DNA of 64,000 bases, from positions 17,381,820-17,445,819 of the forward strand of contig NC_092396.1 of NCBI RefSeq assembly GCF_030028105.1. The letters are read 5' to 3'. Origin of the DNA: Mobula birostris (lineage: Eukaryota). Made by a program: the position numbers and the translations under genes. Every line of letters begins with the position of its first letter. Within the stretch, counting starts at the first letter, position 1. The notes beneath the pieces were generated by a model. The model made no database searches. It saw only the letters and a program-made list of their open reading frames with translations, and was not told where the DNA came from. Of this stretch, positions 1 through 12,165 are shown piece after piece.

Positions 1-1589
1 TATAGGTAGCATAATTTCTCTCCTGAAAAACAGTTACCACAACTTGGTAGCTTCACAGTTGCTGCTACTGAGATGATTTTTAATTGCAGATTTAAATACA
101 AATATACAAATACAAATTTTTCTACCATTTTGTGATACAAAGTTGTGTTTTTGGCCCAATAAATTAGTTATTGTGTTCTGATACCCCACTAAAAGCAGCA
201 CTAGTGTGGTGGAAGCTAGGAACAGAAGAAAGCCATTTAAGCTCAATTGTGTTCCACTATTCATTGACATGTGTCAGCCACAGTATAACAGTTTCATCCA
301 CCTGTGCCTCCATCCCCTTTGAAATTCTTAACTAAAGAAAAAAGAATAGCAATCTTAATGTGCTGTACTTGTTGATCAACAGAAAGTATTGATCAATTCC
401 TTAAAAGACCCTTACAAGCACAACCAAATCACCCTTAACCTTCTGTATTCCAAAAATGTAGCTTGGTTTGTTACCTAACCCCTGAAACTCTGGATATATA
501 CTGACATATCTGAGAATATTCCCTCCAAAGCCAATGTAAACTTTCTAAATAATGAACTGCACAGATGTAAATGGACCAGACTTGCTTTGCCTCAGTTAAA
601 CTAAGCTTAGCTGTGGCCAGGGATCCGACTGTGACTCGCTAACCCTTTATATTTGGAATGACTGTTTAAACAAAGAAAGAAACTGTGAAGAGCAACTGTG
701 GTACAGTACTTTCACAAGGATTGAGCACCTTTTAAGGAGATTTATAATTCCAGTGAGAAATCTGTTATTTTAAGTCCCTGTGCAGTAGCTTAGCTGGGTA
801 TGGCTTGATGCATTAGAAAGCTATGCAGTTGTGGAGTCATTCTTGAATAAAATAGAATTTTTAATTCTGTTAACATGAAGCTGCTGAAATGTTTAGTTGT
901 CTTTCAAGGAAGAAATTCTGCCCTCCTTAGTTTTCAGGCAAATAAGGATACCAGTAAGTGCTGGCATTGTGATCAGCATCCATGTTCTGTGAACAACTAA
1001 ATTTTAAAACAAAATCGAACAACACAGGAAGGTGTCCTTTTCCAGTCTTGCATTGTAGTACAAGATTTCTTCCATTGTGTGGCACCAGAGAGCTTTGTTC
1101 CAGCACTGACCAGTTTCTGTTTAGGAGGCTGATCAGCAGGATATTTTTGAAAAGTAAGGTATTGTTGAACCAGAAAAAGTTGTTACTGGGTGAATGGAAC
1201 TTCATGATAGCTAGATATTGGATGAGCTCCAGTTTAAAGGTTTAGAATGGAGAGGCTGGATGGAGACTGGTGGCCTTAATGAAGTCTGAAGACAACCAAA
1301 ATACCCTGCCTTTTAGTTTTTCCACAATCCTGTCAAGTGTTTAGATTTTAACTTGGGGTGCATACCATTCCAATTTCTATTGAAGAGAATGCTTAGAACA
1401 AAACAGTTTTAACATTTATATCAGTTTATTATTTTTCTCTAGCTGCATATAATTCAAGAAATTCCTTGCTAATCACAAATTTATCCTGAACTTCCTATTG
1501 AGCTGATAGTCAACAATTCCAGCATTTTGATATAATCTGCACCTTGGAGTTTGAGTGGACTGATGATCTTTTAACAACTCTTGTTTTAG

Positions 1590-1647
1590 GTTCGGTTGAT
1601 GCAAGAGTCTGTGAAGAGAATAATAGAAACAGAAGAATCTAAAATGG
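1590..1647 (+). CDS. DNAJC11: DNAJC11 internal coding exon (58 nt; upstream exons lie outside the window or were not found)
   Basis: ttttag|GTTCGG...AAAATGG|gtaaga; translates [20 protein letters not shown], matching vertebrate DNAJC11 ([20 protein letters not shown]). Ends in phase 1, compatible with the next exon. Confidence 0.93.
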
Positions 1648-3182
1648 GTAAGAGTGTTGTTGCTGATTGTGTGGTGTTTGTCACTCATTTTATTTCTGTC
1701 CCATCAGCCCAGACACAATTTGTGAATTGCTTTTGACCTGAGCAATCTAAGCGCAGTGACTGATGTTGGAAAGTATTTTTTTTAAAAATGAACTTCAGTG
1801 CATGGAAAACTTGATTACTTAATTTTTTTTTTAAGTCCGTGAAAGGAGAGTGCTTTATAGTAGAGGGAATAAATTATACACTAGTGATTGAACTTTTGTG
1901 CTGAGTGACTATCTTTAGTCCAAAGTGGTGGGCTGCAGGTCATAATTGTCCCCAGCATCTATTTTGCATGGCACAGAAATAAATTTGTTCTGCACTCTCT
2001 CATGCTCCTATATTCTATTTGTAATTACTTCATACATTTATTTTTTGAGATCTTGCCATTGCTACAACGTCATCGTTAATTGGCCATCCCTAAATGTCCT
2101 TGAGAAGATGGTGGTTTGTTGACGTTATTAGTCACTCTGTTAAAAGTGCTCCTACAGTGGTGATAGGCAGTAAATTCCAGGAGTTAGACCTAGCAGTGAT
2201 GTTTCCAAGTCAGAATGATGTGAACTTGGAGGGGAATCCTACAGGTAGTCATATTCCTATATGCTTGCTTCCTTTGTCCTTTTTGACGATAGAGGTCACA
2301 TCTTTAGGAAATGTTCTTGAAGTTGTCTGGGTGTTTCTGGAAAATACACACTGAAGCCACTGTGTGCTGATGTTGGAGAGAATAAACACACATGGTAATT
2401 GATCGGGTGGCATCAAGTATTGAGATTGTTGAGATATATTGGCATTGCACTTACCCAGGCAATTTGAAAGTACTCCAACATGCTCCTGATTTATGTCTTC
2501 TGCATTGTGAAAAGAGCTTGGGGTTGTCAGGAGGATTCCCAGCCTTTGAACTTCTCTTCTCACCATGGTATTTATGCAGTTCATCCCGTTGGGTTACTGA
2601 TTCATCTTGACCCTAAAGTTATTGATAGTGAGGCACTCTGCAATGCTAAGAGAATTGACTGGCAAGTGTCAGTGGTTAGATTCTACTTGAAGATAATCAT
2701 TTGTAGTGTGGATATTATTTGCTACATATCAGCCCATGCGTAAATGTTTCTTGGTCATACTACTGACAGGAATAGCCTTATTCATTTGTAGAGAAGTTGC
2801 GATTGAAATTGAGTACGTATTGTGCTATTCACAGTGAATATCCTCACACTTAACCTTATGATGAAAGGAAGGCCATTGAAGGAGCTAATATTGGCTTCTC
2901 GATCAGTCTGTGATGCTTTTAATGGTCTGACCAGCACTCAATACCTAACTTTCCATGAGTTCAATTTCCTCCCTAGAAACGTAAACCTAATTGATTTTTT
3001 GTATGGCCTGTGTCCATAAGCTTTAATTTCCAAACAATAAATTACCTCTCTAGTCTTCCTCTCAAAATAACCTCCTTTTATCTGTAAACAACAGGAATTC
3101 TGCAGATGCTGGAAATTCAAGCAACACACATCAAGGTTGCTGGTGAACGCAGCAGGCCAGGCAGCATCTCTAGGAAGAGGTA

Positions 3183-3218
3183 CAGTCAACGTTTCAGGCC
3201 CAGACCCTTCGTCAGGAC
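3183..3218 (-). ncRNA. Minimal hammerhead ribozyme motif (inverted-arm copy)
   Basis: Reverse complement reads GTC-CTGACGA-AGGGTCTGGGCCT-GAAA-CG-TT-GACTG. Confidence 0.72.
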
Positions 3219-4735
3219 GAACTGAAGGAAGAGTTAGTAAGAGATTTGAAAGTGGGAGGGGGAGGGGGAGATCCAAAATGATAGGAGAAGACAGGACGGG
3301 GAGGGATGGAGCCAAGAGCTGGACAGGTGATTAGCAAAAGGGATATGAGAGGATCATGGGACAGGAGGCCCAGGGGGAAAGATAAGGAGGGGGAACCCAG
3401 AGGATGGGCAAGGGGTATAGTCAGAGGGACAGAGGGAGAAAAAGGAGAGTGAGAGAAAGAATGTGTGTATAAAAATAAATAACGGACGGGGTATGAGGGG
3501 GAGGTGGGGCATTAGCAGAAGTTTGAGAAGTCAATGTTCATGCCATCAGGTTGGAGGCTACCCAGACGGAATATAAGGTGTTGTTCTTCCAACCTGAGTG
3601 TGCCTTCATCTTTACAGTAGAGGAGGCCGTGGATAGACATGTCAGAATGGGAATGGGATGTGGAATTAAAATGTGTGGCCACTGGGTGATCCTGCTTTCT
3701 CTGGCGGACAGACCGTAGGTATTCAGCAAAGCGGTCTCCCAGTCTGCATCAGGTCTTGCTCCCGATGTGGCCTTCTATATATTGGCAAAATTTCACGCAC
3801 ATCTGCTCTCACTCCATCCTCCCGCCACCCCACTAGGAATAGGGTTCCTCTGGTCCTCACCTACCACCCCACCAGCCTCCGGGTCCAACATATTATTCTC
3901 TGTAACTTCCGCCACCTCCAACGGGATCCCACCACTAAGCACATCTTTCCCTCCCCCCCCCCCTCTGCTTTCCACAGGGATCGCTCCCTACGTGACTCCC
4001 TTGTCCATTCGTTCCCTGCCCCCCCCCCCCCCATCCCTCCCCTCTGATCTCCCTCCTGGCACTTATCCTTGTAAGCGGAACAAGTGCTACACATGCCCTT
4101 ACACTTCCTCCCTCACCACCATTCAAGGCCCCAGACAGTCCTTCCAGGTAAGGCAACACTTCACCTGTGAGTCGGCTGGGGTGATATACTGTGGCCGGTG
4201 CTCCCGATGTGGCCTTCTATATATTGGCGAGACCTGACACAGACTGGGAGATCATTTCGCTGAAAACCTATGCTCTGTCTGCCAGAGAAAGCAGGATCTC
4301 CCAGTGGCCACACATTTTAATTCCACATCCCATTCCCATTCTGACATGTCTATCCACGGCCTCCCCTACTGTAAAGATGAAGCCACACTCAGGTTGGAGG
4401 AACAACACCTTATATTCCGTCTGGGTAGCCTCCAACCTGATGGCATGAACATTGACTTCTCAAACTTCCGCTAATGCCCCACCTCCCCCTCATACCCCAT
4501 CCGTTATTTATTTTTATACACACATTCTTTCTCCCACTTTCCTTTTTCTCCCTCTGTCCCTCTGACTATACCCCTTGCCCATCCTCTGGGCTTTCCCCCC
4601 CCTCCCCCTTTTCCTTCTCCCTGGGCCTCCTGTCCCATGATCCTCTCATATCCCCTTTGCCAATCACCTGTCCAGCTCTTGGCTCCATACCTCCCCCTCC
4701 CACTTTCAAATCTCTTACTAACTCTTCCTTCAGTT

Positions 4736-4771
4736 AGTCCTGACGAAGGGTCTCAGCCTGAAACGTCGACT
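4736..4771 (+). ncRNA. Minimal type I hammerhead ribozyme motif in the Penelope terminal repeat
   Basis: AGTC-CTGACGA-AGGGTCTCAGCCT-GAAA-CG-TC^GACT: stem I AGTC/GACT, conserved core, stem II AGG/CCT, loopless palindromic stem III (ACGT), GUC cleavage triplet ending at 4767. Confidence 0.8.
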
Positions 4772-5672
4772 GTACCTCTTCCTCGAGATGCTGCCTGGCC
4801 TGCTGCGTTCACCAGCAACCTTGATGTGTGTTCCTTTTATCTGTGTTGAACTTTGTCAATTATTGCCACCCATTGTACACGTATATTAACAACATAATTT
4901 ATTGCTGCTCTCCTCAGAAGTGAATCTTGCCCATTGCATCAGCATATTTGGAAGTTGTGTTTTTGATTCCAAAGTCGAGATCAGATGTGCACAGCAATGG
5001 TCCCTCCATTAATCTTTGTGAAACGGCCTTCTACTGCAAATGGCTACCTTTTACTCCCAGTCTCTGCCTTCTATCCTGAACACAGTTAGCAATCCTCTCT
5101 GCAATATATCATCCTGCAGATGGCATGTTTGATCCTTTGCTAATTTTAATCTTGTTCCATGTGATTTTGTTTTTCTTTTAAATGTGTGTTATTTTATTCC
5201 TTTTGTGATTTTTGTTAACAATAAAAAATATTCTACTACTTTTTATCACTCTTTCCTTAATAAATATCATACTTTTAAATCCCATTTGATCTTTTTTCTT
5301 TATTGAAGTCATTTTCCTTTCAACCCTACAATGTCTTCTTTCCAAAACCTGATTGTCTCCAGTTGCCATTTTATTATAGGTATTGTGTATTGCTGTCTTG
5401 ACAGTTTTAACTTGTAAGATGGTTAGCTGCCTAAACATCTGTTCTGAAAGTCCTTTGACCACCCTAATTTATTCTTTCCTATACCTCTATGTTTTTATAT
5501 TTGATCTATTTGCAGTTATTGTAGATCCTTCGTGTTTCTACCTCTGCTCCTTTCCTTCACCCCTAGTATCTTGTTTTCAGATTCTCCGTTCTGTGTTCTC
5601 ATTAGCTTGTGCAATTTATTGCGAATGTAAGCAGTGTTGCAGAAAGGCACATATCTACCTGTCTTCTCCCAG

Positions 5673-5815
5673 GTTTAATCATCACCAATGCCTGGTATGG
5701 GAAGTTTGTGACTGACAGCAGTGGTAAGAATGAGAAGGCAAAGGTTATTGATGTGACTATTCCTCTTCAATGTCTGGTGAAAGAGTCAAAACTCATCCTT
5801 ACTGAAGCATGCAAG
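5673..5815 (+). CDS. DNAJC11: DNAJC11 coding exon (143 nt), C-terminal DUF3395 region
   Basis: ctcccag|GTTTA...TGCAAG|gtaagg; (G)[47 protein letters not shown], matching the DNAJC11 C-terminus. Confidence 0.96.
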
Positions 5816-6002
5816 GTAAGGTTAATTTTTATATCTACAATGTTGACTTTCCCAACTTGCCTTTAGGCAGTCCATGAGCAACTTACTCCCAGTGCAGAAC
5901 TTGGGATATTTTGCCTATTTTTTTGCCTTCACATCTACAGCTATGTTTAAACTTCGGCTTGTTTGCTATTCACTGATGACATCATTGACACTGGCATTGT
6001 AA

Positions 6003-6640
6003 GACCATAAGATATAGGAGCAGAATTAGGCCATTTGGCCCATCTAGTCTACTCCATCATTTCATCATGGCTGATCCATTTCCCCTCTCAGCCCCAATCT
6101 CCTGCCTTCTCCCCAGATCCCTTCATGCCCTGACCAATCAAGGGTCTATCAACCTCTCCCTTGGCCGCCACATCCACCTGTTGCAAAGATCACCACTCTC
6201 TGGCTGAAGAAATTCCTCTTCATCTCAGTTCTAAAAGGATGCCCCTCTATTTGGGGGCTGTGTCCTCTAGTCTTCGACTCCTTTACCATAGGGAACTTCC
6301 TTTCCACATTCACTCTATCAAGGCCTTTCAACGTTTAGTAGGTTTTATTGAGATTACCCCTCATTATGATGTGGGTGATTTGATCTTTCAGGTGAGACAA
6401 GAGACTAGAATGCAATACACAACTTTTAAAACCTACATATAAGACCGAAAGACATAGGAGCAGAATTAAGCCATTCAGCCCGTCAAGTCTACTCTTCCAT
6501 TCTATCATGGCTGATTTATTATCTCTCTCAACCCCATTATCCTGCCTTTACCTTGCAACCTCTGATACCCTGTCTAATCAAGAACCTATCAACCTCTACT
6601 TTAAATATACCCAATGATTCGGACTTCACAGCTGCCTGTG
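6003..6640 (-). mobile_element. Two tandem CR1-type LINE 3'-end fragments
   Basis: Repeated 'aagaccataagatataggagcagaattagg' tails at about 6001 and 6441. The ORF MKGLDRVNVERKFP...RGHS...RNFFSQRVV is the CR1 ORF2 C-terminus. Confidence 0.75.
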
Positions 6641-6910
6641 GCATATTGGTTAGCACAGTGCTTTACAGTACCAGTGACCTGGGTTATCTGTTATCTGCTC
6701 CTGGCTTATCTGTAGGAATTTGTACGTCCCTGAGACCACGTGGGTTTATCTCCAGGTGTTCCAGTTTCCTCCTGCAATTCAAAGATGTGCTGGTTGGTGG
6801 GTTAATTGATCATTGTAAATTGTCCCGTGATTAGGTTGGGGTTAAACCGGGGGTTCTGAGTAGTGAGGCTGGAAGGGCCTATTCCGTGCTGTGTCTCAAT
6901 AAATAAACAA
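6641..6910 (+). mobile_element. tRNA-derived SINE
   Basis: A-box-like TGGTTAGCAC head, conserved core 'gggtttatctccaggtgttccagtttcctcc...aaagatgtgc', (AATA)n tail. The same core recurs at 29310-29530, 31490-31750, 50030-50350 and 52065-52335. Confidence 0.7.
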
Positions 6911-7824
6911 ATATAAATAATTCACTCTCTGGCTAAAGGAAGTCCTCATCATCATATGATGTACTGCAAGCTTCATCATTGCTTCTGGCTTAGGATCCCA
7001 TTGTATAATTTTGTTAGTTTTACTGCTAAATGATGTACAGTGTGCTGTCATTATAAAAGAAAGACCTTGCAAATATACAGTGCCTTTCACGACTGCAGGA
7101 TGTTCTGGAACATTTCACAGCCAAAGTACAATTGTTAGACAGGGAAACAAAAGCTCAGTTAATCTGATTTGATGGGTTTCATCGTGACTCTCGTTTTGAG
7201 GTAATTTCCCACCTTGTAACTGGAGCTTTAATTCACCACTTGAACCCACCATCAGCAATATCATGTCTACAGTAAGTGCTCATATACTGTTGTGGAGGAC
7301 TCAAACTTGTGATTTATGTCAGGGAACAGAGTGCTTTCAACTAAGCCAAATAGCTAGAGAGCAAGGGTCATGTTCTAGCAACATTTTTGTAACTAAAATG
7401 ATTTGTTCTCTAAACTTTGTTAATATCTTCCTAACATGATCGTCAATAGATCCCACTTTCTGTAATTGTGAATTAAAGTAGGATTATTACTGTGATATTG
7501 GACCACGAACAGCATCACAGCTAAGCATATTTTTTTTAAATTGCATCAATAAGTGTGTGTTCATCATCTGCCATGATCAAAAGTAAAACTTGGGAAGATT
7601 TATCTTCATTCCCCTTTCCACCAAGCTTGTCACCAAAGCAGCTTCTCAATTGCTGCTGAAAAGTGAATAAAGCTGAGGATGTTCTAATCTGCGTGACCTT
7701 TTGCTACCCCAACTCCCTCTTCGTTGTAACATATGGGGCCATGGGGACCCCACTGTGTACTTGCCAAGTTTCTTCCTGCTCGCATTCCATTTGCATTGTT
7801 TTGCATATCTGACATCTTTTACAG

Positions 7825-7954
7825 GTTGGCGTGCCAGGATTCTATGACCCATGTGTCGGGGAGGAAAAGAGCCTAAAAGTGATTTACCTGTTCCGAGGAG
7901 TTCTGCATCAGGTCATGGCAGCGGACAACGAATCTCTCAGGATACCAAAGCAAT
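7825..7954 (+). CDS. DNAJC11: DNAJC11 coding exon (130 nt)
   Basis: ttttacag|GTTGGC...CAAT|gtatgt; [43 protein letters not shown]. Confidence 0.96.
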
Positions 7955-8789
7955 GTATGTTCAAAGTGAACCCTTTCAACCATTGCAAAAATACTCAGTT
8001 AATATATACTCTTAATAATGTGCAAAGTACCAAATTCAGGATTTTAAGTCCAGCATGAGGTACAGATTCCCGGTATTTTGTGGTCATTTTAAATGAAGTC
8101 AAACTTTTACTTTAGCAGCTGCCTTTTTTCAGCACTGTTTGATGAGTATTACAGTACATTGCTGGGATCAGGCTTGATGCATGAGATCTTGGTGGATGAG
8201 TTGCCAATGAAGCAAAGATGGCGAAGGCAGTTGGTAAAGTGGTAATGGGAAATGGCTTGGCTCTTTGGAGATAAATGTTTGGTACTTGTCTGTTAAACCT
8301 TTGCTTCACTGTTGTCCTGATCTTACCGCATGCAAATATAGAGCAAATTATTACTTAAGAAATAGCACACAGCCACACACTTAAACACTTCCAACTGTGA
8401 CATTATTATAAACAGAGGATCACTGATGATTCTGGTATTCTGATGTTCCTGGAGAGGCCAGAATTTATTGCTTATTCAGCTGCTGAGAAGGATGTGATAA
8501 GATGGTTTATTGGTGCATTAAGAAAAAGCTTGTGGGACTGGGCGTTAGAAAGTACATGTTAGCATTCAAGGTTAAGAGTTGCAGGGAGAAGACAGAAAAA
8601 TGGCAGTTAAGAAAAATAATGAGCCATGACTGAATGAAGAAGAAGACTTGTTGGTCTTGAATGGTCTAATTATTTAATTAAATCTTATGGTGTTAACTAA
8701 GACAAAATAACAAAGTTATTTCCAATGGGTTTAAAATGGGAAATGGAAGATTGTTGAGTGTTATCCACCACCTTTTGTTTCTCAGCTCC

Positions 8790-9930
8790 ACAGGAAAAAT
8801 AATTTCCCTATTAACCAGAGTTCCTCTTGTCCTCTCTCAGCACCTCATGAGCCTCCACATCCAGCACATCATTCTCCGCAACCTCCACCATCTTCGACAG
8901 GATCTTACCACTAAATACTTCTTTATCTCCCCCCTGCCTGCTTTCTGCAGGGGTCACTCCCTCTGTGATCCCCTTACCTATTCGTCTCCGCCACCCCCCA
9001 TCGGTCTCCCTCTCGGTACTTATCCCTGCAAGCGGAGGAAGTGCTACCGTGCCCATTCACCACGTCCTCTCACCTGGAAGGACTGTGTGGGACCTGATTC
9101 CATTCAGGGTCCCAAACAGTGCTTCCAGCTGAGACAGCACTTTACTTGTGAATCTGTTGGGGTCGTCCACTGTATCCACTGCTCCCAGTGAGGCCTCTTC
9201 TACATTGGTGAGACCCACCGTAGATTAAGAGACCACTTCGTTGAGCAGCTTTGCTCCATCCACAAAAGAGAAGGATTTCCCACTGGTCAACCATTTCAAT
9301 TCCAATCCCCATTCCCATCCCAACATGTCAGTCCGTGGCCTCCTTTATTGCCACAACGAGGACGCTATGAGGTTGGAGGAGCACACTTTATATTCCATAT
9401 GGAAGGCCTCCAATTTGATAGCGTGAACATCGATTTCTCTAATGGTAATTTTCTCCTCCCCCTTCCCTCTTCTTTCATTCCCCACCCTGGTTACCCTCTG
9501 GGCTCTTCTCTTCACCTGCCTATCAGCTCCCCCTGGTGCCCCTCCTTTCTCACATGCTCCACTCTCCTCTCTTATCAGATTCCTTCTCTGACATTTTACT
9601 TTCTTCACCTATTACCTCTGCTTTTTACTTCATTTTGCCTATCCTCTCCCACCTCCCGCTCCGTCCCCTCTCCCACCTCCCGCTCCGTCCCCTCTCCCAC
9701 CTCCCGCTCCGTCCCCTCTCCCACCTCCAGCTCCGGCCCCTCTCCCACCTCCTGCTCCGGCCCCTCTCCCACCTCCCACTCTGTCCCCTCTCCCTCCTTC
9801 TTATTCCGCTTTGTCCCCCTTCCAGTCCTGATGAAGGACCTCAGCCTGAAATGTTGATTGTTCATTTCCATGGACACTGCCTGACCTGCTGAGTTCCTCC
9901 AGCATTTTGTGCATGTTTCTCTGAATTTCT
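8790..9930 (+). mobile_element. Penelope-like element 3' fragment (GIY-YIG remnant, terminal repeat, hammerhead core at 9824-9859)
   Basis: Homologous to 3790-4831 (RVPLVL...QHIILRN...FTCESVGVVHCIHCSQ). Contains AGTC-CTGATGA-AGGACCTCAGCCT-GAAA-TG-TT-GATT. Confidence 0.85.
9642..9795 (+). repeat. 24-bp minisatellite, about 6 copies
   Basis: Unit CCTCTCCCACCTCCCGCTCCGTCC, lying inside the Penelope fragment. Confidence 0.9.
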
Positions 9931-10205
9931 GCAGTTCTGTTCAGCAGCTCAAGTTTTATCCCCCCTGTGAGCATTGTCACTGTTTGCTTTGGTAGTTATC
10001 CTTTATAGGGAAGCAAAGGGAATGGTGGATATATTTGTAGCTTGAGATTTCTAAATTTGTATCTGATTTGTATTTCAATCTGGCATACTACTTAATAAAG
10101 GATATTATTGTCTCATCAACATTTTTAAAATAATCAACTATTTTTTATCTGCAATTAATGTGTGGTTTGTGGCTGAGTAACTGCTTCCTCTGATTCCCTT
10201 TACAG

Positions 10206-10231
10206 CGCACAGGGTTGACACGGATCGTTGA
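10206..10231 (+). CDS. DNAJC11: DNAJC11 terminal coding exon with stop codon
   Basis: ccctttacag|CG CAC AGG GTT GAC ACG GAT CGT TGA gives (S)HRVDTDR*, compared with human SHRIDTDG*. Phase 1 matches the previous exon. Confidence 0.92.
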
Positions 10232-10549
10232 GGAGGAGATGTGCTACGATATGGGGTTGGACCTGAACAGAGATCAGCTGCTAAACATCTCCATATACCA
10301 TAAATTAAAGAGAGAATGCACATATGATTATTTTTATGTATGTAGAGTTTTTTTGTTCTTTTCTGTGTATAGAAGATTAAAAAATGCTTTTACAGATCAC
10401 TAAAACATTTGGTCATGGATTTTCCATGTCATTTTTGACACTGGATGCTGTAATAGTCTGAACTATTTCAGACCTTGTGTAGCAATTCCTGTGCTCTGGA
10501 AAAAAAAAAGATTGTTTTAAGTCTATTTGATGTACAAAGAAATTAAAAA

Positions 10550-10579
10550 AATAAACCCAGATACTATTGCCATAATAAA
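10550..10579 (+). terminator. Candidate DNAJC11 polyadenylation signals
   Basis: AATAAA at 10550-10555 and 10574-10579, followed by T-rich sequence, about 320-350 nt after the stop codon. Confidence 0.5.
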
Positions 10580-11082
10580 ACTTCCTTTTATTTAGTTTCC
10601 ATTCTCCATCTGCAAATCTAGGCAGGTTATTTCAGCATTATGTGAAGGAAGATCATCATGTCTTCAATATCAGACTAAAAAGAGCCTTGTTCTAAAAGTA
10701 TGCGTCTTTAATATCCTTTTAAAAGAATGTGCAGTAATTTTTCAGAAAACCTTATTTTAAACCTTATCATTTATTTTAAAATGATTTCCTGGGAGAGAAA
10801 TTTTACATTGTTATGATCAATGGCTAACCATAACGAGACTCATTAAGTTATGATCCAGTTGGATTCTCTTCTGGGATAGTGAAGAGTTTTGCTGGATATT
10901 ACTTGCTTCAGCTGCTCTGGGATCTGGAAATCTGGCAAAAACCAAGGTCAAAAAATGGCTTAACAAGGTGTTAAGCATGAACAAAAATTGCTTGCATTTC
11001 TAAAGTGCCTTTAAAAGAGAGGTATATACAGGCATAATCAGAGAAACATTGAGGGGCCTGGGTAATGATCTTGGAGGCCGGG

Positions 11083-12165
11083 TTAGAAACGTAGAAAACC
11101 TAGAGCACAATACAGGCCCTTCGGCCCACAAAGCTGTGTCAAACATGATCTTACCTGAGAAATTACCTAGGGTTACCCATAGCCCTCTATTTTTCTGAGC
11201 TCCATGTACCTGTCCAGGAGTCTGTTAAAAGACCCTATCGTATTTGCCTCCACCACCGTTGCTGGCAGCCCATTCCACGCACTCACCACTGTCTTGAGTT
11301 TTTTAAAAAAAAACTTACCCCTGATAATTCCTCTGTACCTACTTCCAAGCACTTTAAAACTGTGCCCTCTCATGCTAGACATTTCAGCCCTGGGAAAATG
11401 ACTATCCACATGATCAATGCCTCTCATCATCTTATACATCTCTATCAGGTCACCTTTCATCCTCCGTCACTCCAAGGAAAGAAGTCTGAGTTCCCTCAAC
11501 CTATTCTCATAAGGCATGTTCCCCAATCCAGGCAACATCCTTGTAAATCTCCTCTGCACCCTTTCTATGGTTTCCACATCCTATAGTGAGGCGACCAGAA
11601 CTGAGCACAGTACTCCAAGTGGGGTCTGACCAGGGTCCTATATAGCTGCAACATTACCTCTCTGCTCCTAAGCTCAATCCCATGATTGATGCAGGCCAAT
11701 GCACCATATGATTTCTTAACGACAGAGTCAACCTGCGCAGCAGCTTTGTGTGTCCTATGGACTTGGACCCCAAGATCCCCTTGATCCTCCACACTGCCAA
11801 GAGTCTTACCATTAATACTATATTCTGTCATCATATTCGACCTACCAAATGAACCACCTCACACTTAACTGGGCTGAACTCCATCTGCCACTTCTCAGCC
11901 CATTTTTGCATCTATCAATATCCCACTGTAACCTCTGACAGCCCTCCACACTATCCACAACACCTGCAACCTTTGTGCCATCAGCAAATTTACTAACCCA
12001 TCCTCCACTGCTTCATTCAGGTCATTTATAAAAAAATCACGAAGAGGAGGGGTCCCAGAACAGATCCCTGAGGCATACCACTGGTCATTGACCTCCATGC
12101 AGAATATGACCCATCTACAACCACTCTTTGCCTTCAGTCAAATGCCTTGCTGAAATCCACATACA
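11083..12165 (-). mobile_element. CR1 LINE 3' fragment (degenerate RT C-terminus)
   Basis: ORF pieces LYRTLVRPHLEYCAQFWSPHY and MKGDLIEMYKMMRGID...RGHSFKV, with a short-repeat tail at about 11083. Confidence 0.88.

Larger units (their letters stand above)
3086..4831. mobile_element. Penelope-like element, 5'-truncated, with inverted terminal arm (fold-back) and 13-bp TSD
   Basis: GIY-YIG endonuclease remnant (FTCESAGVIYCGRCSRCGLLYIGET) at about 3790-4470. 3123-3759 is the reverse complement of about 4227-4831. TSD TCCTTTTATCTGT at 3073-3085 and 4832-4844. Confidence 0.9.

Noticed and set aside
6641-6720. tRNA gene
   Set aside because: The Pol III box-like head runs into a SINE core and tail, and no cloverleaf can be folded.
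9642-9795. CRISPR-like array
   Set aside because: The repeats are contiguous with no unique spacers, there are no cas genes, and the DNA is vertebrate.
9348-9892. Long overlapping ORFs with repeated peptides (SPTSRSVP, LRPLSHLP, EVGEGTER)
   Set aside because: They come from a stop-free 24-bp minisatellite inside a Penelope remnant and show no gene context.
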